DNA of 51,207 bases, taken from a virus. The stretch's first letter is position 1; each line of letters starts with the position of its first letter. Shown here piece by piece: positions 8,345 through 16,361 of this stretch. Below the pieces are notes generated by a model. It made no database searches. It was not told the DNA's origin and saw nothing but the letters and a program-made list of their open reading frames with translations. The stretch lies in the IMG/VR virus record IMGVR_UViG_3300026907_000016. One strand, 5' to 3'. The position numbers and the translations under genes were made by a program.

Positions 8345-8576
8345 GGCGAAGCCTCCTGTCAGCCGCGACCGGCACAGCCAGCTTCACCTCAATAGCGCCG
8401 AGCAGCAGGTCGCGCTGCCTGGTTACTTCCGCAAGTTCCCGCCTGGTGGCCATGTGCTGCTCATGGGCGCACATGTAGCATTGCGGCACAGGGGAGTCCT
8501 TCATATCGGCCCAGTCATCGAACTGCTCAAAGCGCAGGCCATGCTTGGTGCATTCGAGAGTGGTCTTGTCAGCCAT
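8337..8576 (-). CDS. Hypothetical protein (79 aa)
   Basis: Internal start MADKTTLECTKHG of ORF 8337..8603. Short overlaps with neighbours. Confidence 0.45.
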   Translation of the reverse strand: MADKTTLECTKHGLRFEQFDDWADMKDSPVPQCYMCAHEQHMATRRELAEVTRQRDLLLGAIEVKLAVPVAADRRLRHD

Positions 8577-8817
8577 GGCTTGGCTCCTGAATCGGGCGCA
8601 CAACTACTTCGTGCGTCTTGGCGCAGTCTCGACAGATAACGGCCATGTCGCCGACGTAATCGAGCTTGAACGACTGGCTGCGCACCAGTTCGTCAGGCTC
8701 AATGGGATTGCCCCATGAGTCATTGCCTTTACTGTCTGGCGTCTCATAGTTCAGATTGGCGTCGTAGAAGCACTTGCTGCCGCATACGTCGCAGGAGTAG
8801 TAATCACCGGCTGCCAT
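8569..8817 (-). CDS. Zinc-ribbon hypothetical protein
   Basis: 82 aa with CDVCGSKC...CRDCAK (two CxxC pairs). Confidence 0.5.
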   Translation of the reverse strand: MAAGDYYSCDVCGSKCFYDANLNYETPDSKGNDSWGNPIEPDELVRSQSFKLDYVGDMAVICRDCAKTHEVVVRPIQEPSHG

Positions 8818-9202
8818 GGCTCACCCCCACACGCTGATAAACGTCGCCAACGCGGCGCAGGCCGGGCAGTGTCTGCTCGATCAGCATGCCTTCAACGATG
8901 GTCGCGCTACGGCCACCGCAGGCTATGCACAGCGGGTCGCGGCAGGAGACGCGCCAGCCGTTGGTGAGCAGCTTGTCGAGGTGTTTGCGCAGGCCGAATA
9001 GCTTGCGCTGGTTCTCATGCAGTGCCCGGTACGCGCTGATCGCCCGGGTGATAGAACCGACCGCCGACCAGAACACGAAACCCGGCTCATGCGCCGTCTT
9101 CATCTGGTCCGCCTTGAGATGCATCGCGAACTGCTTGCCGTCCCAGTCCGCAACAATCAGCCAGCCGCCTTCGTGGCGCTCGCAGTGCCATTTGGTGTTC
9201 AT
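8804..9202 (-). CDS. Hypothetical protein (132 aa)
   Basis: ORF-track entry. ATGA overlap with the upstream gene. Confidence 0.5.
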   Translation of the reverse strand: MNTKWHCERHEGGWLIVADWDGKQFAMHLKADQMKTAHEPGFVFWSAVGSITRAISAYRALHENQRKLFGLRKHLDKLLTNGWRVSCRDPLCIACGGRSATIVEGMLIEQTLPGLRRVGDVYQRVGVSHGSR

Positions 9203-9411
9203 TGCAATTGCTCCTTGAGGGCATTAACCCCCGCCAGGGCCCGTGCAACTACGTCGTCGCCGGCCTCTTCTTCGTGGATGATTTCCCCGTCTATTTCTCC
9301 GGTAGCCTTGGTTGATGCGAGACGCGCATCTGCGTCATCAAAGCTGTCCGCGAAAATCTGCACCTCGTAGATGTCGCCGTTGTGCATGTACTGGAGGCCG
9401 TACTTAGGCAT
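9199..9411 (-). CDS. Acidic hypothetical protein (70 aa)
   Basis: Internal start MPKYGLQYMHNGD after SD GGAGGA. Confidence 0.5.
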   Translation of the reverse strand: MPKYGLQYMHNGDIYEVQIFADSFDDADARLASTKATGEIDGEIIHEEEAGDDVVARALAGVNALKEQLQ

Positions 9412-9535
9412 GGTCAATCCTCCCTTCAGGCCAGATCGACCGGACAACGGCCAGAGCCTCGTCATAGGTCATCCACTCGCCGCCCATGCTGAAACGGCAG
9501 CCAGAGGCGTAAACGGTCCAGTTGCGCTTAGTCAT
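9404..9535 (-). CDS. Small ORF (43 aa, below the track cutoff)
   Basis: My translation: MTKRNWTVYASGCRFSMGGEWMTYDEALAVVRSIWPEGRIDHA*. ATGA overlap upstream and an 8-nt overlap downstream. Confidence 0.35.
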   Translation of the reverse strand: MTKRNWTVYASGCRFSMGGEWMTYDEALAVVRSIWPEGRIDHA

Positions 9536-10212
9536 TGCATAGCCCTCGCGCCTTCACCGGCTCCGCGGCCAGGGTTTGTTCCTTTGGGGAAATAGCGATC
9601 GCGCCAGAACTTGATGCCTTTCTCGGCGATGGATATGTCGCGCTTGCCGCGACTTCTCTGCTGATTGATGCGCAGGTGAAGAATGCGCAGGTGGCTTTCC
9701 ATAGAGCTTCGGCCGCACATGACCTGAAGCATCTCGTCGAGAACGTCGCCGGCATGGCGTACGTAGTCGAGATCGTCCTCACGCACAGAACAGATCGCTT
9801 TCGTCCAAGCTGCATCACCAGCAGCACACAGATACATCTGGTCCAGATCATGAAGAGAGCCGCGAAACCAGCCGCCCTTGGCAGGAATTAGCAGTTCACA
9901 GTTCATAAACCCGCCGCGATCGCTCTGCGGCCTGGAAACTAGGAATACAACTGGGCGCCCGGTCGCAATGTGGGCCTGTTCAGCTTTCGACTTCTCTACC
10001 TCGGTTGGATGAGTTCCCTTAACTTCCAGGTAGATATCAGCGGCCGGCAGGTAAAAGTCAGGGAGGTACTTACACCCCTCAACCTGAATCAGATCGGGCT
10101 CATACAGGTAGAAGATTTCGCACGCGTCCATGAGGCGAGCCCACATCAGCTCTGTATAGGAGCGGAGCTTGTAGCCCTGATGGAGATAGATCGTTCTGCG
10201 CTCTTTCATCAC
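9532..10212 (-). CDS. PD-(D/E)XK nuclease-like protein
   Basis: 226 aa. YLPDFYLPAADIYLEVKG (D...E-x-K). ATGA overlap with the dnaB stop. Confidence 0.5.
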   Translation of the reverse strand: MMKERRTIYLHQGYKLRSYTELMWARLMDACEIFYLYEPDLIQVEGCKYLPDFYLPAADIYLEVKGTHPTEVEKSKAEQAHIATGRPVVFLVSRPQSDRGGFMNCELLIPAKGGWFRGSLHDLDQMYLCAAGDAAWTKAICSVREDDLDYVRHAGDVLDEMLQVMCGRSSMESHLRILHLRINQQRSRGKRDISIAEKGIKFWRDRYFPKGTNPGRGAGEGARAMQ

Positions 10213-11552
10213 CAGTCCTCACCTTGATCCTTCGGTTTGCTGAATGCGCTTTGAGCAAGCGGAACGAAGCGCGAGCGATCCCCTTGGAAGGCTGTGAAAA
10301 CAGATCCAATCTCTCCATCTCGGTTCTTGCGAACCAGAATTTCCCCTATGCCCTTCTGGTCGCTGTTCGGGTAGTAAACCTCATCCCGGTAGACGAACAT
10401 CACGATGTCCGCGTCCTGCTCGATCGCGCCAGACTCTCGCAGATCGCTGAGTACCGGGCGCTTATCTGGCCGTGATTCGCAGCCACGGTTGAGCTGGCAG
10501 AGCATCAGGACAGGGCAGCCCATTTCGCGGGCCAGAAGCTTCCCTTGGCGAGACATGGTAGTTACGTCGTCGACGCGGCCTTTGCCTTCGCCCTCTACCA
10601 GGCCTAGATAGTCGACGACGACCATCCCGAGGTCGCCCATTCGATGCTTCTGCCGACGAGACACCGAGCGGATACGAGGCATGGTCATGACTGGCACGTC
10701 GGAAACTGCAATATTGGCGTCGCGCAGCTTCAGTGTGGCTGCAGCCAGTTCGGTAGATTCCTTGTGCGCGCAAGAGCCGTCTTTCAGGTTCGGCAGCGGG
10801 ATACCTCCCACGGCAGCAATCAGCCGGTCCACTATCTGGGTTTTGGTCATTTCCAGGCTTATGACCAAAACCGGCCGCTTTTGCTTGATTGCCACGTCAG
10901 CGGCCATGTTCATCGCAAGCGTGGTCTTACCCATAGCCGGGCGGCCAGCGATGACTACCATCTGGCCAGGCTTGAGACCCTGGGTGTATTTGTCCAGATC
11001 AGGAATACCGGTGCTCAAACCATCCATTGTCTGGCCCTTCTGCGCTCGGTCATGACGAGCCTGAAGGACTTCGATGTGCTCGCGCAGGATGTCGCCGATC
11101 ATCTGGCACTCCCCATCCGAGCCACCCGAGTCGAGACCTAGCACCAAGGCCTGCGCCTGGGCGATCTTGTCCTCGATTGAGGACTCGTCGTGCGCAATTT
11201 CATCGACTTGGGCCGCGGCCGCAGATATCTGACGAGAAACCGCACGGTCCCGGACGATCTTCGCGTATGCCTTGGCATTCGCGACGCTGGGTGTGTTTTT
11301 GATGACCTCCGCTGCGTACGCCATAGTTCTGATATCGCCAGCCAGGTACTCGCGACGCTCAGCAAGAGTGATCACGTCGATCGGCTGTCCGGCATCGTTC
11401 AGTTCGCGGATAAGACGAAACAGCTCGGCGTTCTCGGTCCACGCAAAGGCATCTGCGGACAAACCATCAGAAATCACATCGATCAGATGCGGCTGGAGCA
11501 TCATGGCGCCAAGTACGCCGTGCTCAGCCTCAAGGCTATGCAGTTCGATCAT
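10209..11552 (-). CDS. dnaB: Replicative DNA helicase DnaB
   Basis: 447 aa from MIELHSLEAEHGVLGAMML. Walker A GRPAMGKTT. Also VVVDYLGLV and QLNRGCESRPDKRP. ATGA overlap with the O-like stop. Confidence 0.9.
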   Translation of the reverse strand: MIELHSLEAEHGVLGAMMLQPHLIDVISDGLSADAFAWTENAELFRLIRELNDAGQPIDVITLAERREYLAGDIRTMAYAAEVIKNTPSVANAKAYAKIVRDRAVSRQISAAAAQVDEIAHDESSIEDKIAQAQALVLGLDSGGSDGECQMIGDILREHIEVLQARHDRAQKGQTMDGLSTGIPDLDKYTQGLKPGQMVVIAGRPAMGKTTLAMNMAADVAIKQKRPVLVISLEMTKTQIVDRLIAAVGGIPLPNLKDGSCAHKESTELAAATLKLRDANIAVSDVPVMTMPRIRSVSRRQKHRMGDLGMVVVDYLGLVEGEGKGRVDDVTTMSRQGKLLAREMGCPVLMLCQLNRGCESRPDKRPVLSDLRESGAIEQDADIVMFVYRDEVYYPNSDQKGIGEILVRKNRDGEIGSVFTAFQGDRSRFVPLAQSAFSKPKDQGEDW

Positions 11553-12553
11553 TGCTGTTCCTCCAGACTGCGGAAGACAGCGCGAGAGCAGATGATCTCC
11601 AGGCGCGGAGCTACGTTGGCGCCACGGTAGTAGACCTGAGTCATGCGATTGGCCCGATCGAAGATCAGGCGCCAGAACTGGCTGCTCTGGTGCTGCTCGC
11701 ACTCGTTCCAGCGCTCGACGATCATGCTGCGCAGAACCTTGTCGCGTTCGACCGAAACGCGCGGCAAGTTGGGGCAGGCCTTGTGAAATAGGGCGATGAT
11801 CTTGTCGACCGGGACACCCTTCTCGCTCACGCCCCGCGGGTTATCGCGCAGTGCTTTGGCGAGCCAGTTCACCAGGAAGCGACGGTAGTCCTTCTTGGCC
11901 TTGGCCCCCGAAGCCCATGCGGCAGCGCGCTTAATCTCCGACTCAACGTCGATTGGGGCATAGGCTTCAGCCCATTTGGTGATCAGGTCGGGGGCTACTT
12001 CGAAGTCTTCGCCATCGAACTTAACCCCGTTGGTCTTTTCGATCGGCGCAGGGTCAGCCCCTTGGGGGGTAGTAATCTGTTCCGAAGGAACAGTTACTAG
12101 GGGATCTTTCTTTGAATAGAGAAGGGAAGTTGCGGTTTTGGTCTCACTCGCAGGCTGAACCAGTGAGACCACTTGTGCTGAGTGAGACGATTTGGTCTCA
12201 CTGAGACATTCTTGTTTTGTCTCTACGAACACCCACTCAGCGACGGGAGAGACACCGATCTCACCGCGGCTACCGCCAACGCGATGAATTACACGACGAG
12301 CAAGCAAATGGCTGATCGCCTTGCTGGCAACGTCACGGCGCATGTTGGTCAGCTTCCCGATCTCGTCTGCAGTAATACGAGCTTCGGCCAGCTGATAGCC
12401 GATCGTCTTTCTGGCGATCGCCATCAAGACGCGAAGCTCACGACCCGGCAGATCAATCGCCGCGATCGCTTCCATCAAATCGTTGTCCATACGGGTGAAC
12501 CCCTGGGACTTGTTGAGCGTGACTACGTTGGTCATACTGTCTCCGTTGGTCAT
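11549..12553 (-). CDS. Replication initiator, lambda O-like N-terminal domain
   Basis: 334 aa. GFTRMDNDLMEAIAAIDLPGRELRVLMAIARKTIGY is winged-helix and O-like. Iterons lie inside the gene, and dnaB follows. Confidence 0.7.
   Translation of the reverse strand: MTNGDSMTNVVTLNKSQGFTRMDNDLMEAIAAIDLPGRELRVLMAIARKTIGYQLAEARITADEIGKLTNMRRDVASKAISHLLARRVIHRVGGSRGEIGVSPVAEWVFVETKQECLSETKSSHSAQVVSLVQPASETKTATSLLYSKKDPLVTVPSEQITTPQGADPAPIEKTNGVKFDGEDFEVAPDLITKWAEAYAPIDVESEIKRAAAWASGAKAKKDYRRFLVNWLAKALRDNPRGVSEKGVPVDKIIALFHKACPNLPRVSVERDKVLRSMIVERWNECEQHQSSQFWRLIFDRANRMTQVYYRGANVAPRLEIICSRAVFRSLEEQQ
12140..12223. repeat. Candidate replication origin iterons (GGTCTCACT / AGTGAGACC)
   Basis: GGTCTCACT at 12140 and 12194; AGTGAGAC(C) at 12162 and 12181; GTCTC at 12219. 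These form two inverted pairs. An AT-richer stretch (ctttctttgaatagagaagggaag) is adjacent. Confidence 0.5.
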
Positions 12554-12581
12554 ACGCGCTCAGTTGCAGCTGGGCGCAAAG

Positions 12582-12617
12582 AAGCCCGGAGATGAGTCAG
12601 GCACTCACTCCGGGCTT
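12582..12617 (-). terminator. GC-rich hairpin between the cII-like and O-like genes (tR1-like terminator candidate)
   Basis: AAGCCCGGAG..16 nt..CTCCGGGCTT, a 10-bp stem. The following T-tracts are only modest on either strand. Confidence 0.4.
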
Positions 12618-12721
12618 GTTGTTTGTGGTCCTTGGAATAGCTGGAGCGCACTGCGCGAGCGCACAGCATGGCCATCGCCTGATGGCACTCTTTGCTGAGG
12701 ATTTCGGCGCAGGCGTTCACG

Positions 12722-13153
12722 TCAGGCCGCCTTAACGCTTTCGTGAAGAACGTCCAATGCGGCAGAGGCCTCACCGATGGCGCGCTTGATCTGCTGCTTT
12801 TCGATCTGCGAAACGTGGCCGTCAGCCAGGGCATCAATCACCGACTTGGTTACGTCGGCAATCTCGTCGTGCATGTGGAGCACAGCGGTCTGCAGGGCGG
12901 TTGCCTGAGGGGCTACTCGCTCTACCAGTCCATAACCGAACTCTTCCAGCAGAGCACCCAGGATGCGGCGGCGGCCGTCCTCGGGTACGTGCGCTAGGAT
13001 CTGGCCGAACATCTGCAGGTTCATGCGGTGCTCTTCCCGGTTCGGGTTCGCGCAGTCGAGCAAGCGCGTACGGTTCACGCCCATGCTCTTGGCAAGCTCG
13101 GTACCGCCGTGAGCGATCACCTCGTTGTGAATTGCCCTTTCGAAATTTTCCAT
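12722..13153 (-). CDS. CII-like regulatory protein candidate
   Basis: 143 aa from MENFERAIHNEVIAHGGTELAKSMGVNRTRLLDCANP (HTH-like). Second gene of the rightward early operon. Confidence 0.5.
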   Translation of the reverse strand: MENFERAIHNEVIAHGGTELAKSMGVNRTRLLDCANPNREEHRMNLQMFGQILAHVPEDGRRRILGALLEEFGYGLVERVAPQATALQTAVLHMHDEIADVTKSVIDALADGHVSQIEKQQIKRAIGEASAALDVLHESVKAA

Positions 13154-13241
13154 CTCGCGAACTCCCGTTTTCTTTCGCGTGGCGCCATCGACTTGGCGTT
13201 GGCAACCTGTCATCACTAGATCAGCCGACAGGTGAAAACCC

Positions 13242-13472
13242 ATGCAACCGACCATCGAAACTCTCCAGGGCGAACTTCTTGCCCTTCGCTGCCACATCGC
13301 CGCCCTGATGGAGGCGCAGCCTTTGCAATCTCAGTTGCGGTTCCGGGCCAAGCTGGAATCCGCCGTGTTGCTTGTCCGTCCGTGCCAGCGTGGCGAGCGT
13401 CAGGACGGCTTTGATCAGGTGGTAACGTCGCTGGCGGTCAAACGGCGGCCTGCAGAACTTTCTGAGCAATAG
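13242..13472 (+). CDS. Candidate small ORF (76 aa) antisense within the cro-cII interval
   Basis: SD AGGTGA lies 6 nt before the ATG. MQPTIETLQGELLALRCHIAALMEAQPLQS... is helical. Overlaps the 3' end of cro by 35 nt, convergently. Confidence 0.35.
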   Translation: MQPTIETLQGELLALRCHIAALMEAQPLQSQLRFRAKLESAVLLVRPCQRGERQDGFDQVVTSLAVKRRPAELSEQ

Positions 13473-13674
13473 CCACCAGATCAGGGCGAAGGCCGGCGAT
13501 AGTGATTTCGCCGCCAGACGCCTCTTGAAGCCGGCCGGCAAGTTCTGGCGAGGCTTTGCGGTGACCGCCCGACAGCTGCCATAGATGGCCAACTGTCGTG
13601 CCGGCAGCCTTAGCGACCTGTTCACGGCGATCAGCGCTGGTCTTAGCCAGCCAGTCGCGCAGATGGTCATTCAT
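13438..13674 (-). CDS. cro: Cro-like HTH repressor
   Basis: 78 aa. VAKAAGTTVGHLWQLSGGHRKAS is an HTH. Divergent from cI across the operator region. Confidence 0.65.
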   Translation of the reverse strand: MNDHLRDWLAKTSADRREQVAKAAGTTVGHLWQLSGGHRKASPELAGRLQEASGGEITIAGLRPDLVAIAQKVLQAAV

Positions 13675-13707
13675 GGTTCGCTTCTCCTATGGTTTATGGA
13701 GAAGAAT

Positions 13708-13782
13708 TTAGCTCACGGCTAACGAACAAGCAAGCACACATTTAGCTGAGCGCACATTTAGCAGCGAGCTAATCAATGACAA
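13708..13782. promoter_or_regulatory. OR-like operator cluster plus candidate PR
   Basis: TTAGCtcacgGCTAA (13708-13722), TTAGCagcgaGCTAA (13758-13772), and half-site TTAGCtgagcGCaca (13742-13756). Minus-strand TTGTCA-16 nt-TAAATG (13782..13755) overlaps an operator. Confidence 0.55.
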
Positions 13783-13791
13783 GATCTGCGA

Positions 13792-14511
13792 ATGGACATT
13801 TACGAAATCCGCAAGGCCAACCTGGTCGAGCTAATTGGCAATCGCCGAAAGAAGGAATGCGCAGACAAGTGGGAGCTGAACCCGGCTCACTTGAGCCAGA
13901 TCCTTTCCCTGAAAACCGAAAAGAACCTCGGCGACGACGTTGCGCGCCGGATCGAAGATAGAGAGGGACTGCCGCGTGGATGGCTAGATGCCTTGCGGCA
14001 TTCGGCTGCAGAAGCCGCCGAAGGCTTTACCCACAACGTGGTGGCATATGATCCTGAAGACGCAATGCCGGACGGGGCTGTTGCGATAAGCGAGTATCAA
14101 GTGAACTTCTCAGCCGGAAATGGACACCAGGCGCTCTACGAGATCATTGAGGAATCGGACCCGGCGATTTACAAGCTGTCGTGGTTCCGCGCTGAGCGGA
14201 TCAAGCCCGAGAAGTGCAAGCGCTTCAGGGTGAAGGGCGACAGTATGGAGACGACGCTATTCGACGGCGATTCAGTGCTGGTCAACATGGAAGAGAACGA
14301 GCCCACCAAGATCATTGACGGCAAGGTCTATGCACTGCGATACGGGAACGATCTACGCATCAAGCGGCTGTTCAAGAAGCTGGACGGAAGCCTTCGCCTG
14401 GTCAGCGATAACCAGGCCTACCCGATTGAAGACATCGCCGCAGATGTCGCCCAGGAACACATCACCATAATCGGCCGCGTGCGGGACAAGAGCGGGAAAG
14501 GCGGCCTCTGA
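13792..14511 (+). CDS. cI: CI-type repressor (HTH plus S24/LexA-like autopeptidase)
   Basis: 239 aa. C-terminal VKGDSMETTLFDGDSVLV...LRIKRL carries the Ser/Lys dyad blocks. Divergent from cro. Confidence 0.9.
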   Translation: MDIYEIRKANLVELIGNRRKKECADKWELNPAHLSQILSLKTEKNLGDDVARRIEDREGLPRGWLDALRHSAAEAAEGFTHNVVAYDPEDAMPDGAVAISEYQVNFSAGNGHQALYEIIEESDPAIYKLSWFRAERIKPEKCKRFRVKGDSMETTLFDGDSVLVNMEENEPTKIIDGKVYALRYGNDLRIKRLFKKLDGSLRLVSDNQAYPIEDIAADVAQEHITIIGRVRDKSGKGGL

Positions 14512-14534
14512 CCACCACTGACAAGGAGGTTGCC

Positions 14535-14924
14535 ATGCGCGCCGCCATTACGCTGTTAGCTGTTGCCATGATTGCCGGCTGTGCTCAACAGCCTAAACCT
14601 CCGCGCGCGCCGATTCATGTGGCGCCATCGCCAATATGCACGACTCCAGCGCAATGCTCTGCTGGCTGGCTCAAGGCGCACGACCAGCTGCAGACGATGA
14701 CCGGAATGCGCCTGGCTGTAGCCTCAGACACCTACATTGCCACCTACCCTATGCGCCGGCTTCCAAATATGGTCGGAGAGGCATACAAGATCGATAACGG
14801 CGACGGTACACATACCATCAAAGCACGTTTCACATGTCGGAATGGCTGCGATGGCCTGGACCAGAGCGCAGAGAACCTGTTCAACACTACCGTAGGGATG
14901 AGCATTAAGTACGGCGCACAGTGA
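14535..14924 (+). CDS. Lipoprotein, first gene of the cassette linked to cI
   Basis: 129 aa. MRAAITLLAVAMIAGC has a lipobox. SD AAGGAGG. Starts 23 nt after the cI stop. Confidence 0.7.
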   Translation: MRAAITLLAVAMIAGCAQQPKPPRAPIHVAPSPICTTPAQCSAGWLKAHDQLQTMTGMRLAVASDTYIATYPMRRLPNMVGEAYKIDNGDGTHTIKARFTCRNGCDGLDQSAENLFNTTVGMSIKYGAQ

Positions 14925-15061
14925 CCTGGCTACGCTTCTTCGATGCGCTTGCTAGGGGTGAGCGTTGGGCTTTGCGCCGCATGTTGGCCTGGCTAACGGT
15001 TGTGTTCGCTGCAGTTTTGTTTTCGATTTTGGCCGGATTGCATGAACCTGGCCACCTATAG
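14921..15061 (+). CDS. Small single-TM ORF (46 aa, below the track cutoff)
   Basis: GTG start overlaps the lipoprotein stop as GTGA. MTWLRFFDALARGERWALRRMLAWLTVVFAAVLFSILAGLHEPGHL*. Its stop abuts the next ATG. Confidence 0.35.
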   Translation: MTWLRFFDALARGERWALRRMLAWLTVVFAAVLFSILAGLHEPGHL

Positions 15062-15355
15062 ATGGAATCGGTAAAGGGAATGGCTGAGCCGGGATCAATA
15101 ACCATAAACGTTCTGCATCTGAACCTAGAGGACTGGCCCGAGGTCATAGCCGCTCTTGAGCGCCTTTTCTTATCCGTTTGGGATAGGTCGCCTACCCTAG
15201 CCACCGCAGTGATACTTCTGGCGCTTTTGATGCCATACTATTGGCGATGGTCTTGGCTGAAAACCTGGCGCAGGAGCTCTGATCTTGATAGGGCTGAAAA
15301 TGCGCACTGGCAGAGCCATAAGCAGGCCAGAAAGAAAGACGGGAGGCCGCGATGA
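15062..15355 (+). CDS. Hypothetical single-TM protein (97 aa)
   Basis: TM segment LATAVILLALLMPYYWRWSWL with a basic tail. ATGA overlap with the next gene. AT-richer DNA. Confidence 0.45.
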   Translation: MESVKGMAEPGSITINVLHLNLEDWPEVIAALERLFLSVWDRSPTLATAVILLALLMPYYWRWSWLKTWRRSSDLDRAENAHWQSHKQARKKDGRPR

Positions 15356-15858
15356 TCTTTGACATTTTACTTGGATCCGCCTGCGCTATCGGTGTGGTTC
15401 TGTATTGGAAGGTTTGTAGCATCAGGGCGCTCGCGATGCAGGAGATTGCAGTTGGCCGCCTCAAGGAGCTTTACGAAGACGCTGACGTGCCTCACACCGA
15501 AAAAGCCAGCGCTCATTTCACATATCTCATGGCTAGACACTGGTGGTTCATGCCAGCGGTTTTGCTTTTGGCGCCGTTCGTTCTTGCTTTTGCAGTTCTT
15601 TTTGATCAGAGAAGCATTTCTGCCTCTAAAAAAGCGGATGGTCAAAGCTCTGCAATGGATGCCATTGTTTTGATGTATTTTTCCAAGAACCCACTTATCG
15701 CAGCGTTTTCAGGCGCAGCCATGATGCTGATTTTGATACCATTCATGCTGATCGGCCTGTTCCTTGACAAGGTCAAGAGCATTCCAACACTTGTTGGCAC
15801 GATTGCGCTCATTGCAGCAAAGGCGGCGCCCAAAAACCTACATGCACGCCAGAACTAG
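15352..15858 (+). CDS. Multi-pass membrane protein (168 aa, about 4 TM)
   Basis: Hydrophobic stretches ILLGSACAIGVVLYW, WWFMPAVLLLAPFVLAFAVLF, LIAAFSGAAMMLILIPFMLIGLFL and LVGTIALIAA. A terminator follows. Confidence 0.6.
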   Translation: MIFDILLGSACAIGVVLYWKVCSIRALAMQEIAVGRLKELYEDADVPHTEKASAHFTYLMARHWWFMPAVLLLAPFVLAFAVLFDQRSISASKKADGQSSAMDAIVLMYFSKNPLIAAFSGAAMMLILIPFMLIGLFLDKVKSIPTLVGTIALIAAKAAPKNLHARQN

Positions 15859-15863
15859 AATAT

Positions 15864-15892
15864 AAGCCCCGCCCTCGCGGGGCTTTTATTTT
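15864..15892 (+). terminator. Intrinsic terminator
   Basis: AAGCCCCGCcctcGCGGGGCTTTTATTTT. Confidence 0.8.
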
Positions 15893-15943
15893 CCGCCCGT
15901 CACGCCAAAGGTCTACGCTGAAACCTTCACCCTGGAGGTTGCC

Positions 15944-16153
15944 ATGACAGACCCAGTTATCGCCCTGCTCTACCGCCTCAACCAAAACCAGAACGCTCTA
16001 GGCGCCGCCATTGAAGAACTGGCGATATGGGTCGAGCAGCGCGGATCGGTTGAAACCGCCTACCAGGCCAAACACCACTTGCATGTGCTGGTCGAGAACA
16101 GCGATGCCATTTCCGAGGCGCTTGCCGAGCTGATCGCCAGACAATCTACCTAG
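15944..16153 (+). CDS. Small helical hypothetical protein (69 aa) bracketed by two terminators
   Basis: The SD context GGAGGTTGCCATG is identical to that of the lipoprotein gene. Confidence 0.5.
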   Translation: MTDPVIALLYRLNQNQNALGAAIEELAIWVEQRGSVETAYQAKHHLHVLVENSDAISEALAELIARQST

Positions 16154-16170
16154 CCAAACCAGCCAATCAG

Positions 16171-16196
16171 AGCCCGCCTAGCGCGGGCTTTTTTGT
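16171..16196 (+). terminator. Intrinsic terminator
   Basis: AGCCCGCctagcGCGGGCTTTTTTG. Confidence 0.8.
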
Positions 16197-16253
16197 GCCT
16201 GCATGAAACGCCTTGCGCGCAAAAGATAACAGCGCAAATCGAAAAATCAGGCT

Positions 16254-16308
16254 TTAGCTAGAAATTTAGCTCAGAGCTATTGACGAGACTTTAGCGCATG
16301 GCTAAATT
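16254..16308 (+). promoter_or_regulatory. OL-like operator cluster plus candidate PL
   Basis: TTAGCgcatgGCTAA (16291-16305, perfect), TTAGCtcagaGCTAt (16266-16280), and weak TTAGCtagaaATTTA (16254-16268). TTGACG (16280-16285) -17 nt- TAAATT (16303-16308). Confidence 0.5.
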
Positions 16309-16347
16309 TACTCACAAGCCAGCCACAACTGGCGCGGCGAAAGCCAC

Positions 16348-16361
16348 CGCTCTTTACACAA
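16348..16361 (+). promoter_or_regulatory. boxA-like element (CGCTCTTTACACAA)
   Basis: One mismatch to the rrn-type boxA core GCTCTTTAACAA. About 35-45 nt downstream of the predicted PL start. Preceded by hairpin GGC-GAAA-GCC (16336-16345). Confidence 0.3.
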
